Assembly (NCBI GenBank): GCA_035636315.1
Contig: DASPZJ010000050.1
Span: 34,831 to 98,830, forward strand
Length of the DNA stretch: 64,000 nucleotides
From: Thermoplasmata archaeon
Lineage (GTDB): Archaea; Thermoplasmatota; Thermoplasmata; RBG-16-68-12
Direction of reading: 5' to 3'
Under the pieces are notes generated by a model, which saw nothing but the letters and a program-made list of their open reading frames with translations, was not told the DNA's origin and ran no database searches. A program made the translations under genes and the position numbers. Positions 35,243-49,939 of this stretch are shown here, one piece after another; within the stretch, counting starts at the first letter, position 1, and each line of letters opens with the position of its first letter.

Positions 35243-35340
35243 GCGGACCGCGCGGAGGCCCCGAAAGTCCCCGCGGGCCCGTACGGCTCGCGCGCGCGTG
35301 ACATGCCAGGTGCAAAACGGTCGCCCAGGGAGGACCTCCC

Positions 35341-35592
35341 TTGAGGTTTAACGTGTTGGAGCATCAGCTCGTTCCAGAACATCGCCTCGTCGCGGAGGAA
35401 GAGGCGGATCGCGTTTTGAAGGCGTTGAAGATCACGCGGGACCAGCTCCCGAAGATCCGGAAGAGCGATCCGGTGATTCAGGTGCTGGAGAAGATCGAGG
35501 GGCCCATCGAAGAGGGCCGGATCATCCGCGTGACGAGGGTGAGCGGCACGGCGGGCGTTTCGGAAGCATATCGACTGGTGATCGGGAGGTAA
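35341..35592 (+). CDS. rpoH: DNA-directed RNA polymerase subunit H (Rpb5 homolog)
   Basis: (M)RFNVLEHQLVPEHRLVAEEEADRVLKALKITRDQLPKIRKSDPVIQVLE...RVSGTAGVSEAYRLV. TTG start. First gene of the rpoH-B-A'-A'' operon. Confidence 0.85.
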   Translation: MRFNVLEHQLVPEHRLVAEEEADRVLKALKITRDQLPKIRKSDPVIQVLEKIEGPIEEGRIIRVTRVSGTAGVSEAYRLVIGR

Positions 35593-35595
35593 GGC

Positions 35596-38500
35596 ATGCG
35601 AGATTTGATTGACGCGTTCTTCCGAGAACGCTCGATTGTGAACCATCACATCGCGTCGTTCAACGATTTCCTGCCGACGATCGACAACCCGAACTCCCGG
35701 ATGCAGCGGATTGTCGACAACCTTCGTTCCGCGCCGGAAGACGAGCGACGTGGGATCATCAAGCTCGATGAGGACCGGACGGAAGGCGACGTCATCGAGA
35801 TTCGGATCGGACGCAAGCGGGATGACCGCGGCCGGATCGACCTCGAGGCGAAGCCGACGATTACGCTCGGCCTGCCCGTCGTCAAGGAGGCGAACGGCGC
35901 GACGCATCCGCTGACCCCGATGGAGGCCCGCCAGCGGAACCTGAACTACACCGCGCCGATCTACCTGGACTTCACGGTCATCGAGAACGGGATCGAGCGG
36001 GAGCCGGAGCGCGTCCACATCGGGAACTTCCCGATCATGGCGAAGTCGAAGCGCTGCTTGCTCTACAAGGAGAACATGGAGACGGAGGGTGAGCTCAACC
36101 AGGATGAGTACCGCCGAAAGCTCATCGAGCTGGGCGAGGACCCGTTCGATCCGGGCGGCTACTTCATCATCGGCGGGACGGAGCGCGCGTTGATCTCGCT
36201 CGAGGACCTCGCGCCGAACCGCGTGCTCGTCGAGTTCAACGAGCGGTACGGCCGGAAGGTCGAGGTCGCCAAGGTGTTCTCCCAGAAAGAGGGGTACCGC
36301 GCCCTGACCCTGATGGAGAAGAAGAAAGACGGGCAGCTCATCGTGAGCGTTCCGACCGCCTCGGGCCAGATCCCGCTGATCATCCTGATGAAGGCGCTCG
36401 GCATGGAGAAGGACGAGGACATCTACAACGCAATCGTCTCCGCGCCCGAGATGGCGAACATCGTCTACGCGAACATCGAGGAGTGCCAGAACAAGAAGAA
36501 CTACCCGCCGAACGGCATCTTCACGCGGGACGACGCGATCAACTACCTCGAGAAGAAGTTCGCCACGGGCCAGGCGAAAGAATACCGCATCAAGAAGGTC
36601 GAGTCGATCCTCGACCGCAGCCTTCTCCCGCACCTGGGAGACACCCGCGAGGATCGGATCAAGAAAGCGATTTTCCTCGGCCGCGTCGCCCGCACCGTCC
36701 TCGAGTTGTCCCTCGGCGGACGTCGGGAGGACGACAAGGACCACTACGCGAACAAGCGCCTCAAGCTCGCGGGCGACCTCATGGAGGACCTATTCCGCGT
36801 CGCGTTCGCGAACCTCGTGAAGGACCTGAAGTACCAGCTCGAGCGCTCGTACGCCCGGCGCCGGGAACTCAAGATTTCCTCGGCGATCCGTCCGGATCTG
36901 CTCACCCAGCGACTCTTGCACGCCCTGGCGACGGGCAACTGGGTCGGCGGCCGGGCGGGAGTGAGCCAGCTCTTGGACCGCACCTCAAACATGAGCGCCT
37001 TGAGTCACCTCCGCCGTGTGACATCGCCACTCACTCGGTCGCAGCCGCACTTCGAAGCGCGCGACCTCCATCCGACGCAATGGGGACGTCTGTGTCCGAA
37101 CGAGACGCCGGAAGGCCAAAATTGCGGGTTAGTAAAAAATCTGGCTTTGGTGATCGACGTCTCCGAAGGCTTCCCGGAGGAGGAGGTCAAACTGCTCCTC
37201 GCGGACCTCGGCACGAAGCAGGTGAAAGGGCAGCAGACGCAGCTCACTCGCGTCTACGTGAACGGGGACCTCGTCGGGCTCCACGAAGACCCGAAGATGC
37301 TCGTCGCGGAGATCCGGGAGCGACGGCGCAGCGGCCTGCTGAGCCACGAAGTCAACGTCCGGTTCGACGAGAACATGGGGGAGATCATCATCAACTGCGA
37401 CGAGGGCCGCATCCGCCGCCCGCTCTTGGTCGTCAAGGACGGCCACCTCGCCTTCTCGAGGAAGCACGTCGACGAGCTGAAGATGGGCCGACTCCGGTTC
37501 TCCGACCTCGTCCGGAACGGCATCGTCGAGTGGATCGATGCGGAGGAGGAAGAGGACACGTTCATCGCCATCTACCCATACGACGTGCCGAGCCGCTGCA
37601 AGGAGTGCAAGCACCCCCTGAGCCGCAACGACGTCACGTGGGTGAACATGGGCAGCCGCGACGACGAGTCCGATCTTGAGTGCAAGTACTGCCACAAGAC
37701 GTTCCGCGTGCGGTCCGCGATCACGAAGGAGACGACCCACCTCGAGGTCGACCCGGAGGTCATCCTCGGCGTCGCGTCCGGCGTGGTCCCGTACCCGGAG
37801 CACAACTCGTCGCCCCGGGTCACGATGGGGGCGGGGATGGCGAAGCAATCGCTCGGCCTGGGTTCGAGCAACTACCGGTCCCGTCCCGACACTCGGAGCC
37901 ATCTCCTGCACTATCCGGAGCAGCCGCTCGTCCAGACGGACTCGATGAAGCATGTGTCGTTCAACGAGCGCCCGGCGGGCCAGAACTTCGTCGTGGCAGT
38001 CATGTCGTACTACGGATACAACATGGAAGACGCGATCGTCATGAACAAGGCCTCGATCGACCGAGGTCTCGGCCGGTCATCGTTCATGCGGACATACCGC
38101 GCGGAAGAACGCCGCTATCCAGGGGGCCAGGAAGATCACTTCGAGATCCCCTCTCCCGATGTCCGCGGCGCGCGCGCCGACCTGTCGTACGCGAACCTGA
38201 CGCCGGATGACGGCCTCATCTCGCCCGAGGTCCTCGTCCAGGGAGGGGAGGTCTTGATCGGGAAGACGAGCCCACCGCGGTTCCTCGAAGAGGAGACAGA
38301 CTTCCTGACGCCGCAGAAGCGCCGCGAGACATCCGTCACCGTGCGGCACGGGGAGAGCGGCTGGGTCGACTCCGTCATGCTCACGGAGAGCGAGAACGGC
38401 TCGAAGCTCGCGAAGGTCAAAGTCCGCGACCTGCGAGTGCCCGAGCTCGGCGACAAGTTCGCCTCCCGGCACGGACAGAAAGGCGTCATCGGGCTGATCG

Positions 38501-39185
38501 CGCCGCACGAAGACATGCCCTTCACCTCCCAAGGGATCATCCCGGACCTGATCATCAACCCGCACGCGATCCCCTCGCGGATGACTGTGGCCCACGTCCT
38601 CGAGCAGATCGGCGGCAAGGTCGGCTCCCTCGAAGGCCGGCCGATCGACGGCACCCCGTTCAGTGGAGAGCGCGAGGAGGCGCTCCGCAAGGCCTTGGAG
38701 GAAAACGGATTCCGATCGAACGGGAAGGAGATCCTCTACGACGGGCGGACGGGCCGCATGATCCCCGCGGAGATTTTCGTCGGCGTGATCTACTACCAGA
38801 AACTGCACCACATGGTCTCCGGCAAGCTGCACGTGCGTAGCCGCGGACCGGTGCAGATCCTCACCCGCCAGCCGACGGAAGGCCGGTCCCGCCAGGGCGG
38901 CCTGCGGTTCGGAGAGATGGAACGCGATTGCCTGATCGGCCACGGAGCCGCGATGGTGATCAAGGACCGCTTGCTCGACGAATCCGACGGCACGATTCAG
39001 TACGTCTGCGGCAACCCGGATTGCGGCCACTTCGCGATCAAGGACCGGAAGGGGAACCTGCGCTGCCCCGTCGACGACAACACGTCGAAGATCTATCCCG
39101 TGCAGACCTCGTACGCATTCAAGCTGCTCCTCGACGAGCTCTTGTCCCTGGGCGTCGTCATGCGGCTCCAACTGGAGGACATGCG

Positions 39186-39189
<4 letters not shown>
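35596..39189 (+). CDS. rpoB: DNA-directed RNA polymerase subunit B (unsplit B'+B'')
   Basis: 1197 aa. GGAGGTAAGG RBS. Conserved Rpb2 blocks ([18 protein letters not shown]-terminal Zn ribbon [10 protein letters not shown]...LRCPVD). Confidence 0.95.
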
Positions 39190-43833
<4,644 letters not shown>

Positions 43834-43840
43834 GATTCGC

Positions 43841-44266
43841 ATGGCCGAGATCGTTTTCGACGAGCAGACGATCAAGTACGTCGCCCTCTTCCAGGACCTC
43901 AGCCGCTCGACGGTCGTCGACTGCGTCGACGCGGGTGACAAGCTCATCTTCGTCGTCAAGGAAGGCGACATCGGGAAAGCGATCGGGAAGAAGGGCGAGA
44001 ATATCGCGAAACTGAAGCGGCTCATCAACAAGGAGATCCACGTGGTGGAGTACTCCGACCAGCCCGACAAGTTCGTCGCGAACGTCTTCCGGAACTACGA
44101 CGTCAAGTCCGTCCAGCTCGAGCAGCGCGGGGACATCACCCACGCGACCGTGACCGTCGAGGCGACGAAGAAGGGCCGGGCGATCGGGAAGGAGGGCCGC
44201 AACCTGCGCGTTTCGCGGGATCTGATCGCCCGCCACCATCCCATCCAGAGCGTCAGCGTCGCCTGA
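43841..44266 (+). CDS. nusA: archaeal transcription termination/antitermination factor NusA (KH-domain protein)
   Basis: 141 aa, two KH motifs (IGKAIGKKGENIAKLKRL; GRAIGKEGRNLRVSRDLI). Standard position after L30e. Confidence 0.85.
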   Translation: MAEIVFDEQTIKYVALFQDLSRSTVVDCVDAGDKLIFVVKEGDIGKAIGKKGENIAKLKRLINKEIHVVEYSDQPDKFVANVFRNYDVKSVQLEQRGDITHATVTVEATKKGRAIGKEGRNLRVSRDLIARHHPIQSVSVA

Positions 44267-44284
44267 GATGTCCACCCGTCCGCA

Positions 44285-45814
44285 TTGTCACCTCGGCGGG
44301 TGACGAAAATTCAAAGTGCGCCGGGCCATCGCCGCCCGCGAAGTCGCGTTTCCGAGGCGGTTCGAATCGAGTACAAGTGGACGGTCCTCACCGTGACGAC
44401 CGTGGGGGTCCTCATGGCGGGGCTCGACTCGCGCATTGTGATCGTCGGCCTCCCGAGTGTCGCGGCCAGCCTGGGAGCTGACCTCGAACAGGCGATCTGG
44501 ATCACCCAAGCGTACGTCCTCGGGAGCACGGTCGCCCTCCTGCTGGTCGGCCGGATCTCCGACATCGTCGGTCGCGTGAAGCTGTACACGAGCGGCTTCG
44601 CGGTCTTCACGCTCGGCTCGCTCCTGACGAGTCTCGCCACGGATCCGGCGCAGGTGATCGGGTTCCGAGCGCTCCAAGGCCTTGGCTCCGCGATCCTCTT
44701 CACGAACAGCGCCGCGATGATCGTGGACGCGACGCCTTCCCATGAGCTCGGTTTGTCTCTGGGCATCAATCAGGTCGCGTTCCGGATGGGCTCTATGGCC
44801 GGCCTCACCGTGAGCGGCGTCATCCTGTCGATCCTTGACTGGCGGGCGCTCTTCTACATCAACGTCCCGATCGGGATCTTCGGAACGGCGTGGGCGCACT
44901 TCCGACTCCGGGAGATCGCGAAGCTAGACCGCGGCGCACCGATCGACTGGGCCGGGTTCGTGAGCTTCACCGGGTTCATCATGGCCCTCCTGCTCGGCCT
45001 CACTCTCGCCGCGTACGGCGTCGGCGAGGCCCGGACCGTCGAGGCGCTCCTCGCGTTCTCGTTCGGCAGCCTCGCCGTGTTCGCGTACGTCGAGCACCGG
45101 ATCCCCCATCCCCTGCTGGACCTCCGTCTGCTCCGCATCCGCGAGTTCACGGGCGGCGTCGTCGCCCAACTCCTGAACGCGATTGCGTTCGGCGCGGTCC
45201 TGCTTCTCCTCAGCCTGTACTTCCAGCTCGTCCTTGGGCTGAGCCCGCTCGCCTCGGGCGTCCTCATCCTCCCGATGGACATCGCGACCCTCGCGTGCGG
45301 CCCCCTGAGCGGTCGCCTCTCGGACAAGTACGGCCAGGTCCCCTTCACGACGACGGGATTGGCGGTCATCAGCCTCTCCTTGTTCCTCTTCTCGACGACG
45401 GACGCCTTGACGCCGTACTCGCACCTCATCGTGTACATCATCCTCTTCGGGGCCGGACTCGGACTCTTCGCGTCGCCGAACATCAGCTCGATCATGGGCT
45501 CCGTGCCGGCGGAACGGCGCGGCATCGCTTCCGGGTTCCGCGCGACGTTCTTCAACGTCGGATATACGGTGAGCCTGAACCTCGCGATCCTGATCACGAC
45601 CTTCACCGTGCCGTACGCCCTCGTGACGCGGATCCTGTCATCCGGAGACCCGAGCACTATTTCCGCCGCCGACCGCCTGCTGTTCGCGCAAGGCATCCGA
45701 ACGACGTACCTCTGGCTGGCGGGCCTCAACACCCTCGCGATCCTGCCGTCGCTGCTCCGAGGTCGGCGCGTGAGCCCGCCGAAACCCGCGGTCCCTGCGG
45801 CCCCCGACCTGTGA
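44285..45814 (+). CDS. MFS transporter (14-TM DHA2/EmrB-like)
   Basis: GLDSRIVIVGLPSVAASLG, RISDIVGRVKLY (MFS motif A-like), 14 hydrophobic segments. 509 aa. Confidence 0.75.
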   Translation: MSPRRVTKIQSAPGHRRPRSRVSEAVRIEYKWTVLTVTTVGVLMAGLDSRIVIVGLPSVAASLGADLEQAIWITQAYVLGSTVALLLVGRISDIVGRVKLYTSGFAVFTLGSLLTSLATDPAQVIGFRALQGLGSAILFTNSAAMIVDATPSHELGLSLGINQVAFRMGSMAGLTVSGVILSILDWRALFYINVPIGIFGTAWAHFRLREIAKLDRGAPIDWAGFVSFTGFIMALLLGLTLAAYGVGEARTVEALLAFSFGSLAVFAYVEHRIPHPLLDLRLLRIREFTGGVVAQLLNAIAFGAVLLLLSLYFQLVLGLSPLASGVLILPMDIATLACGPLSGRLSDKYGQVPFTTTGLAVISLSLFLFSTTDALTPYSHLIVYIILFGAGLGLFASPNISSIMGSVPAERRGIASGFRATFFNVGYTVSLNLAILITTFTVPYALVTRILSSGDPSTISAADRLLFAQGIRTTYLWLAGLNTLAILPSLLRGRRVSPPKPAVPAAPDL

Positions 45815-45836
45815 TGCGGCGAGCAAACGGTTATTA

Positions 45837-47654
45837 TTGCTCTCGGTAATTCCGCGCCGCCTGCGATGGCAGGTGAAGGGATCCCCCTCTATGCCCTCCC
45901 CGGGCCGGGAGGCCTCCTGGGCAGAGCCCGCTCTCTCCCTGGAGTTCAGCCCGTCCGATCCGGAACTCCTCGCGATCGCGTTCGCGTCGCCGGGAGACGG
46001 CCCGCGCGCGTGGCGGCTGAACGGCGAGGCGCACCGGCTGTCCCTCGTGGACGGATTCGATCGACTCCTCGCCTGGCCCTCCCTCCGCGGCGTTCGCCGG
46101 TACGAGCATCAGGAGCGCACCGCGATGCGCGTCCTGCGGGACCTGCACGGCCGCGCCGTCCTCGCGGACGAGGTCGGCCTCGGAAAGACGATCGAGGCGG
46201 GCCTCATCCTGAAGGAGTACGCGATCCGCGGCCTGGTCCGCCGGGCGCTCATCCTCACGCCGCCCTCCCTGACGTCGCAGTGGCGGGAGGAGATGGAGAC
46301 GAAGTTCTCCCTCCCGTTCGAGGTCCTCCGTTCGGCGGGTGACTGGGAGCGTCGGCCGCTCCTCATCGCGTCGATGGACACGGCGAAGCGGGAGGCACAC
46401 CGGCGGGCGGCGCAGGCCCGGTCCTGGGACCTCGTCGTGGTCGACGAGGCGCATCGCCTCAAGAACCGCACGAGCCTCAATTGGCGGTTCGTCTCCGGCC
46501 TCTCGAAGAAGTACATGCTCCTGCTGACCGCGACGCCGGTCCAGAACGACATGGAGGAACTGTTCAACCTGATCAGCCTCCTCAAGCCCGGCGCGCTGCA
46601 CACGCACGACGGCTTCCTGGAGCGCTACGTCGCGAGCGCCGACCGCCGCGTGCCCGCGCGGGTGCCGGAACTGCGCGATCGGCTCCGGGACGTGATGATC
46701 CGGAACCGGCGTGGGATCGCCTTCACCCTGCCGCCCCGACGGGTGCACAGCCTCGCGGTGCGCCTCGGACCGGCCGAGCGGCGCCTGTACGACGACGTCA
46801 CGGAGTTCGTGCGCGACGCGTACTGGGCCGCCTCCGGGCGACTCCCGTGGACCGCGCGGCTCACGCTCATCGTGTTGCAGCGGGAGATCGGCAGCAGCAC
46901 GTTCGCGGTCGCGGAGACGCTCGGTCGGCTCGCCCGCGGTCCGACGTTCGACGCGGAGGATTGCGAGCGGCTCGAAGCGCTCCGGGACGATGCGCGCGCG
47001 ATCGCGACGAACGTCAAGGCGGACCGACTGCGGACGTTCCTGCGGACGTTCGACGAAAAGGCCCTCGTCTTCACGCAATACGTGCGCACCCTCCGATATT
47101 TGGAGGGGGTCCTGCGAAGCGAGGGGTACCGCATCGCGACGTACCACGGGGGCTTGGGGGCTGCCGCCAAGGATGCTGCCGTGCGTGCGTTCCGAGCGGA
47201 CGCCCAGGTCTTCCTGAGCACGGAAGCGGGCGGGGAGGGCCGGAACCTTCAGTTCGCGCGCACGGTCGTGAACTACGACCTCCCCTGGAACCCGCTTCGG
47301 ATCGAGCAGAGGATCGGCCGCGTGCACCGCCTCGGCCAGGAGCGAGAGGTGCACGTCGTGAACCTCTGGGCGGAGGACACGATCGAGGCGTACCTGATGG
47401 AGCTGCTCGACCGCAAGATCCACATGTTCGAGCTCGTCGTCGGCGAGCTGGACCTCATCCTCGGCCACCTCGACGAGCGACGGTCCTTCGAGGAGCTCCT
47501 GCTCGACGTCTGGGCGCTCCGGGAAGCGGAGGCGCGACGCGCCGCGATGCGGAAGCTCGGGGATGCCCTCGTCCGCGCGCGGGGCCAATACGACCGGGTG
47601 AGGGAGCGAAACGAGGAGTTCCTCCGCGGGGTCGGCGGGGAGGCGGCCGCATGA
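45837..47654 (+). CDS. SNF2/Rad54-family helicase-like ATPase
   Basis: YEHQERTAMRVLRDLHGRAVLADEVGLGKTIEAG (motif I), VVDEAHRLKN (DEAH box), LLLTATPVQN (motif III), helicase-C motifs ...LSTEAGGEGRNLQ..., QRIGRVHRLGQ. Confidence 0.85.
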   Translation: MLSVIPRRLRWQVKGSPSMPSPGREASWAEPALSLEFSPSDPELLAIAFASPGDGPRAWRLNGEAHRLSLVDGFDRLLAWPSLRGVRRYEHQERTAMRVLRDLHGRAVLADEVGLGKTIEAGLILKEYAIRGLVRRALILTPPSLTSQWREEMETKFSLPFEVLRSAGDWERRPLLIASMDTAKREAHRRAAQARSWDLVVVDEAHRLKNRTSLNWRFVSGLSKKYMLLLTATPVQNDMEELFNLISLLKPGALHTHDGFLERYVASADRRVPARVPELRDRLRDVMIRNRRGIAFTLPPRRVHSLAVRLGPAERRLYDDVTEFVRDAYWAASGRLPWTARLTLIVLQREIGSSTFAVAETLGRLARGPTFDAEDCERLEALRDDARAIATNVKADRLRTFLRTFDEKALVFTQYVRTLRYLEGVLRSEGYRIATYHGGLGAAAKDAAVRAFRADAQVFLSTEAGGEGRNLQFARTVVNYDLPWNPLRIEQRIGRVHRLGQEREVHVVNLWAEDTIEAYLMELLDRKIHMFELVVGELDLILGHLDERRSFEELLLDVWALREAEARRAAMRKLGDALVRARGQYDRVRERNEEFLRGVGGEAAA

Positions 47655-48685
47655 GCGAGGCGGCGCCCCTCAAGGCGTTCGTCCGGGAGGCCCTCGCCGA
47701 CCTGGGCGCGGAGATCTCGGAAGCGGAGTCGCTCTTGTGGGTGCGCGCTCCGGAGTCGGTCCGGCGGCAGCTCGAGGTCGGGTCGGAGTTCGCCCTGGCG
47801 TTCGATCCCGCGCACGTCGGCGAATTCGGGGCAGAGCTCGTGGCACCGGGCAGCTACTTCCTCGAGCGATTGTTCGCGTGTGCGACGCGACGCGGGCGTT
47901 GGGACGCCGTCCGCGTTGAGGCCGACGACGGCGCGTGGGTCGCGCCCGCGATCGCGGCATCGGGGCTCGCCGTCGCGGCGACTCCGGAGGTCGTCGAGGT
48001 CACGGAGGACGTCCTCCTGGTGTTCGCGTTCCGGACGACCCTCGCTTCCGATGAGAAGCGGGAAGCGTTCCACAGCTTCGCGGTCTCGACCGCGGACGAC
48101 TCGGTCTGGGCCGTCGATGGGGCCGACGCATCCGCGGTCGTCCCGGTCCCTCTCCCGGATCTCCGGACGAAGCTCGAGCCCGCGTACCGACGCGCGTCGG
48201 AGGCGTTGCGGAACCGGATGCGAGACGAGGTCGAGCGATTCCGAGCGAAGAGCCTCGGCCTCCTCGAGGAAGAGGTCCGGCGGATCTTCGGCTACTTCGA
48301 CCGGACGGTTTCGGAGATTCGCGAAGCCGACCCCGACGGCTCGGCGGACCTGGTCCGCGCGGTGATGGCGGAGCGGGATCGCCGGCTCGCGGAGGCCCTC
48401 GAACGGTTCGAGCCGCGAGCGGCCGCCACGCTGTGTTCGATCCGGGCGGTCCTCACGCCCTCCGTCCGCATGCGCGTCCCCCTCGACGATGGCGAGGCCG
48501 AGGTGCGCCTCGACGCCTGGTCCCGCCAGGCCCGCGTCACGCGAGCCGAGTCCGCTCGACTTCCAGGCCGTCCGCCGTCGGGTACTCCTCGACCAGGAAC
48601 GCCGGCCGGTGCAGGCGGGGAGCGAGCTCCTCGAGGACCCAGGGCGCGATCTCGAGCCGCTTCCGCGGGCCGTCGACGGCCATGA
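47651..48685 (+). CDS. hypothetical protein translationally coupled to the SNF2 helicase (ATGA overlap)
   Basis: MSEAAPLKAFVREALADLGAEISEAESLLWVRAPESVRRQLEVGSEFALAFDP... Non-repetitive for ~290 aa, then low-complexity tail. Stop not reached until 48685, overlapping the convergent radical-SAM gene by ~148 nt. C-terminal extent uncertain. Confidence 0.45.
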   Translation: MSEAAPLKAFVREALADLGAEISEAESLLWVRAPESVRRQLEVGSEFALAFDPAHVGEFGAELVAPGSYFLERLFACATRRGRWDAVRVEADDGAWVAPAIAASGLAVAATPEVVEVTEDVLLVFAFRTTLASDEKREAFHSFAVSTADDSVWAVDGADASAVVPVPLPDLRTKLEPAYRRASEALRNRMRDEVERFRAKSLGLLEEEVRRIFGYFDRTVSEIREADPDGSADLVRAVMAERDRRLAEALERFEPRAAATLCSIRAVLTPSVRMRVPLDDGEAEVRLDAWSRQARVTRAESARLPGRPPSGTPRPGTPAGAGGERAPRGPRARSRAASAGRRRP

Positions 48686-49523
48686 GCTCCCTCGGCACGC
48701 GGTACTTCCGCGCGAGGTCCTCCCTCAGGACGTCGAGGTCGGATCCCTCGACGACCCCCTTGATCAGCGTGCCGTCCTCCGTGATGACGTCCCAAGGCCG
48801 CGCGACGTTCTCCGCACGTCGCTTGATGCGCGACCGGAGCTGCCATCCGTCCTTGTACCCGCTCGTGCAGTAGTGGACCGTCGTCTTCCAGCGCCGTTCG
48901 AGGATTCGAAGGGCGACCGGGTCGGCGCCTTTCACGCCGTACGAGAGTTCGTGTTTCATCTCGTATCCGTGGACCTTCATCCGCGGGAAGTTCGCCTCGG
49001 AGAACTCCATCTCGTTCAGGTTGACGAAGGCGAGGCCTTCCTCCCCCGCCCACTCGATCAGCCGGAGGAGGTCCGCCTCCCGCTCCGGGATGAGCGGCAC
49101 CTCCAGGCCTGCCGTCACGCCGAGAGACCGCGCGACCCGCGACGCCGCGACGTAGGCGCTCGACGCGGCGCGCGCCCACAGCCCGGGCGGCACATGGAAC
49201 CGGATCTCGTCGAGGCCGGCGTCCGCGAGGGCGCGGATCTTCTCCGCATCCGTGGACATGGTGTACAGGTGGGTGTGGAAGCTCGGACCGAACTCCCGTT
49301 TCAGGATCCGGATGTAGTGGCACGTTCGCTCCACCGCATCGAGCGGGTCGCCGCCCGTGATCCCCGCGCCCGTCGCCCGGATCGCGCGGGCCTCCTCGAG
49401 GACGTCCTCGTCCCGCGTCACCCGCTTCTCGTCCGCGAAGACGACGTCCTTGTACATCTTCTCGTCCGACACCGGGCAGTAGAAGCAGTGGAACGAGCAC
49501 ACGCCGGTGACGAAGAGGACCAT
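48537..49523 (-). CDS. radical SAM domain protein (PflA-like, CxxxCxxC)
   Basis: MVLFVTGVCSFHCFYCPVS (CX3CX2C) and glycine-rich SAM-binding ATGAGITGGDP. ~328 aa from M at 49523. An upstream in-frame segment ...RPVRLEERPFGGFARGTLSAGCRQC resembles the N-terminal Cys region of PflA-like archaeal enzymes, so the true start may be a non-ATG codon near 49610-49650. Track ORF 48537..51200 is over-extended. Confidence 0.6.
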   Translation of the reverse strand: MVLFVTGVCSFHCFYCPVSDEKMYKDVVFADEKRVTRDEDVLEEARAIRATGAGITGGDPLDAVERTCHYIRILKREFGPSFHTHLYTMSTDAEKIRALADAGLDEIRFHVPPGLWARAASSAYVAASRVARSLGVTAGLEVPLIPEREADLLRLIEWAGEEGLAFVNLNEMEFSEANFPRMKVHGYEMKHELSYGVKGADPVALRILERRWKTTVHYCTSGYKDGWQLRSRIKRRAENVARPWDVITEDGTLIKGVVEGSDLDVLREDLARKYRVPRELMAVDGPRKRLEIAPWVLEELAPRLHRPAFLVEEYPTADGLEVERTRLA

Positions 49524-49682
49524 CTTTGCGCCGTCCGTGCACTGGCGGCATCCGGCGGACAGGGTGCCACGGGCGAACCCGCCGAAGGGACGCTCCTCGA
49601 GTCGCACGGGCCGTCGAACGGACCTCGGGGGATAAAGGTTCGCGGTCCGGCCGTGGGCCCTCGGATGGCCTCTCCTCCGACG

Positions 49683-49699
49683 TACCTCTAAGTAGAGGC
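49683..49699. promoter_or_regulatory. palindrome copy 1: TACCTCTAAGTAGAGGC
   Basis: Inverted repeat ACCTCTA-AG-TAGAGG. Near-identical to copy 2. Lies upstream of the radical-SAM gene and overlaps the stop of the small gene. Confidence 0.5.
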
Positions 49700-49933
49700 A
49701 TGCGAGGCGACGAGCTGCTCGATCCGCGCTCGCCTCCGCGCGAGTTCCTGCTCCGCCCTGCGGTGGTATGCGGCCATACGGCGCAGGACCTCCGACCTGG
49801 CCCGCTCGGCGCCCAGCCGGCCGATGTAGTCCTCGCGTCGGAGGGAGCGTCCGTTCTCTCGCTCGTAGTGCCAGAAGTACAGGTATCTGCGCCCGCCGAA
49901 GTCGCGGACCCGCGCCCCGCATCCGATCTCCAT
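49688..49933 (-). CDS. small Arg-rich protein (81 aa), bracketed by two copies of a 17-bp palindrome
   Basis: MEIGCGARVRDFGGRRYLYFWHYERENGRSLRREDYIGRLGAERARSEVLRRMAAYHRRAEQELARRRARIEQLV. The palindrome lies 8-25 nt upstream of its ATG and again across its TAG stop. Confidence 0.4.
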   Translation of the reverse strand: MEIGCGARVRDFGGRRYLYFWHYERENGRSLRREDYIGRLGAERARSEVLRRMAAYHRRAEQELARRRARIEQLVASHAST

Positions 49934-49939
49934 ATTTCA

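Noticed and set aside
35095-35330. RNase P RNA or SRP (7S) RNA in the structured region upstream of rpoH
   Set aside because: A GAAAGTCC match (35262-35269) resembles the RNase P P4 strand. There is only ~70 nt before rpoH starts and no matching P4 partner/CR-II-III elements. For SRP RNA the helix-8 GGAAG...AGCA motif and Alu-domain features are absent, and the available length (~235 nt) is too short.
45834-47588. 584-aa minus-strand ORF opposite the SNF2 helicase, and 46481..48685 plus ORF in a different frame
   Set aside because: Helicase motifs I-VI are all in frame 45837..47654. The alternatives are Arg-rich artefacts. The 46481 frame only becomes credible from 47651, annotated as a separate coupled gene.
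48292-49701. 469-aa minus-strand ORF in an alternative frame to the radical-SAM gene
   Set aside because: Lacks the CX3CX2C and glycine-rich SAM motifs that the 48537 frame has. Arg/Pro-rich.
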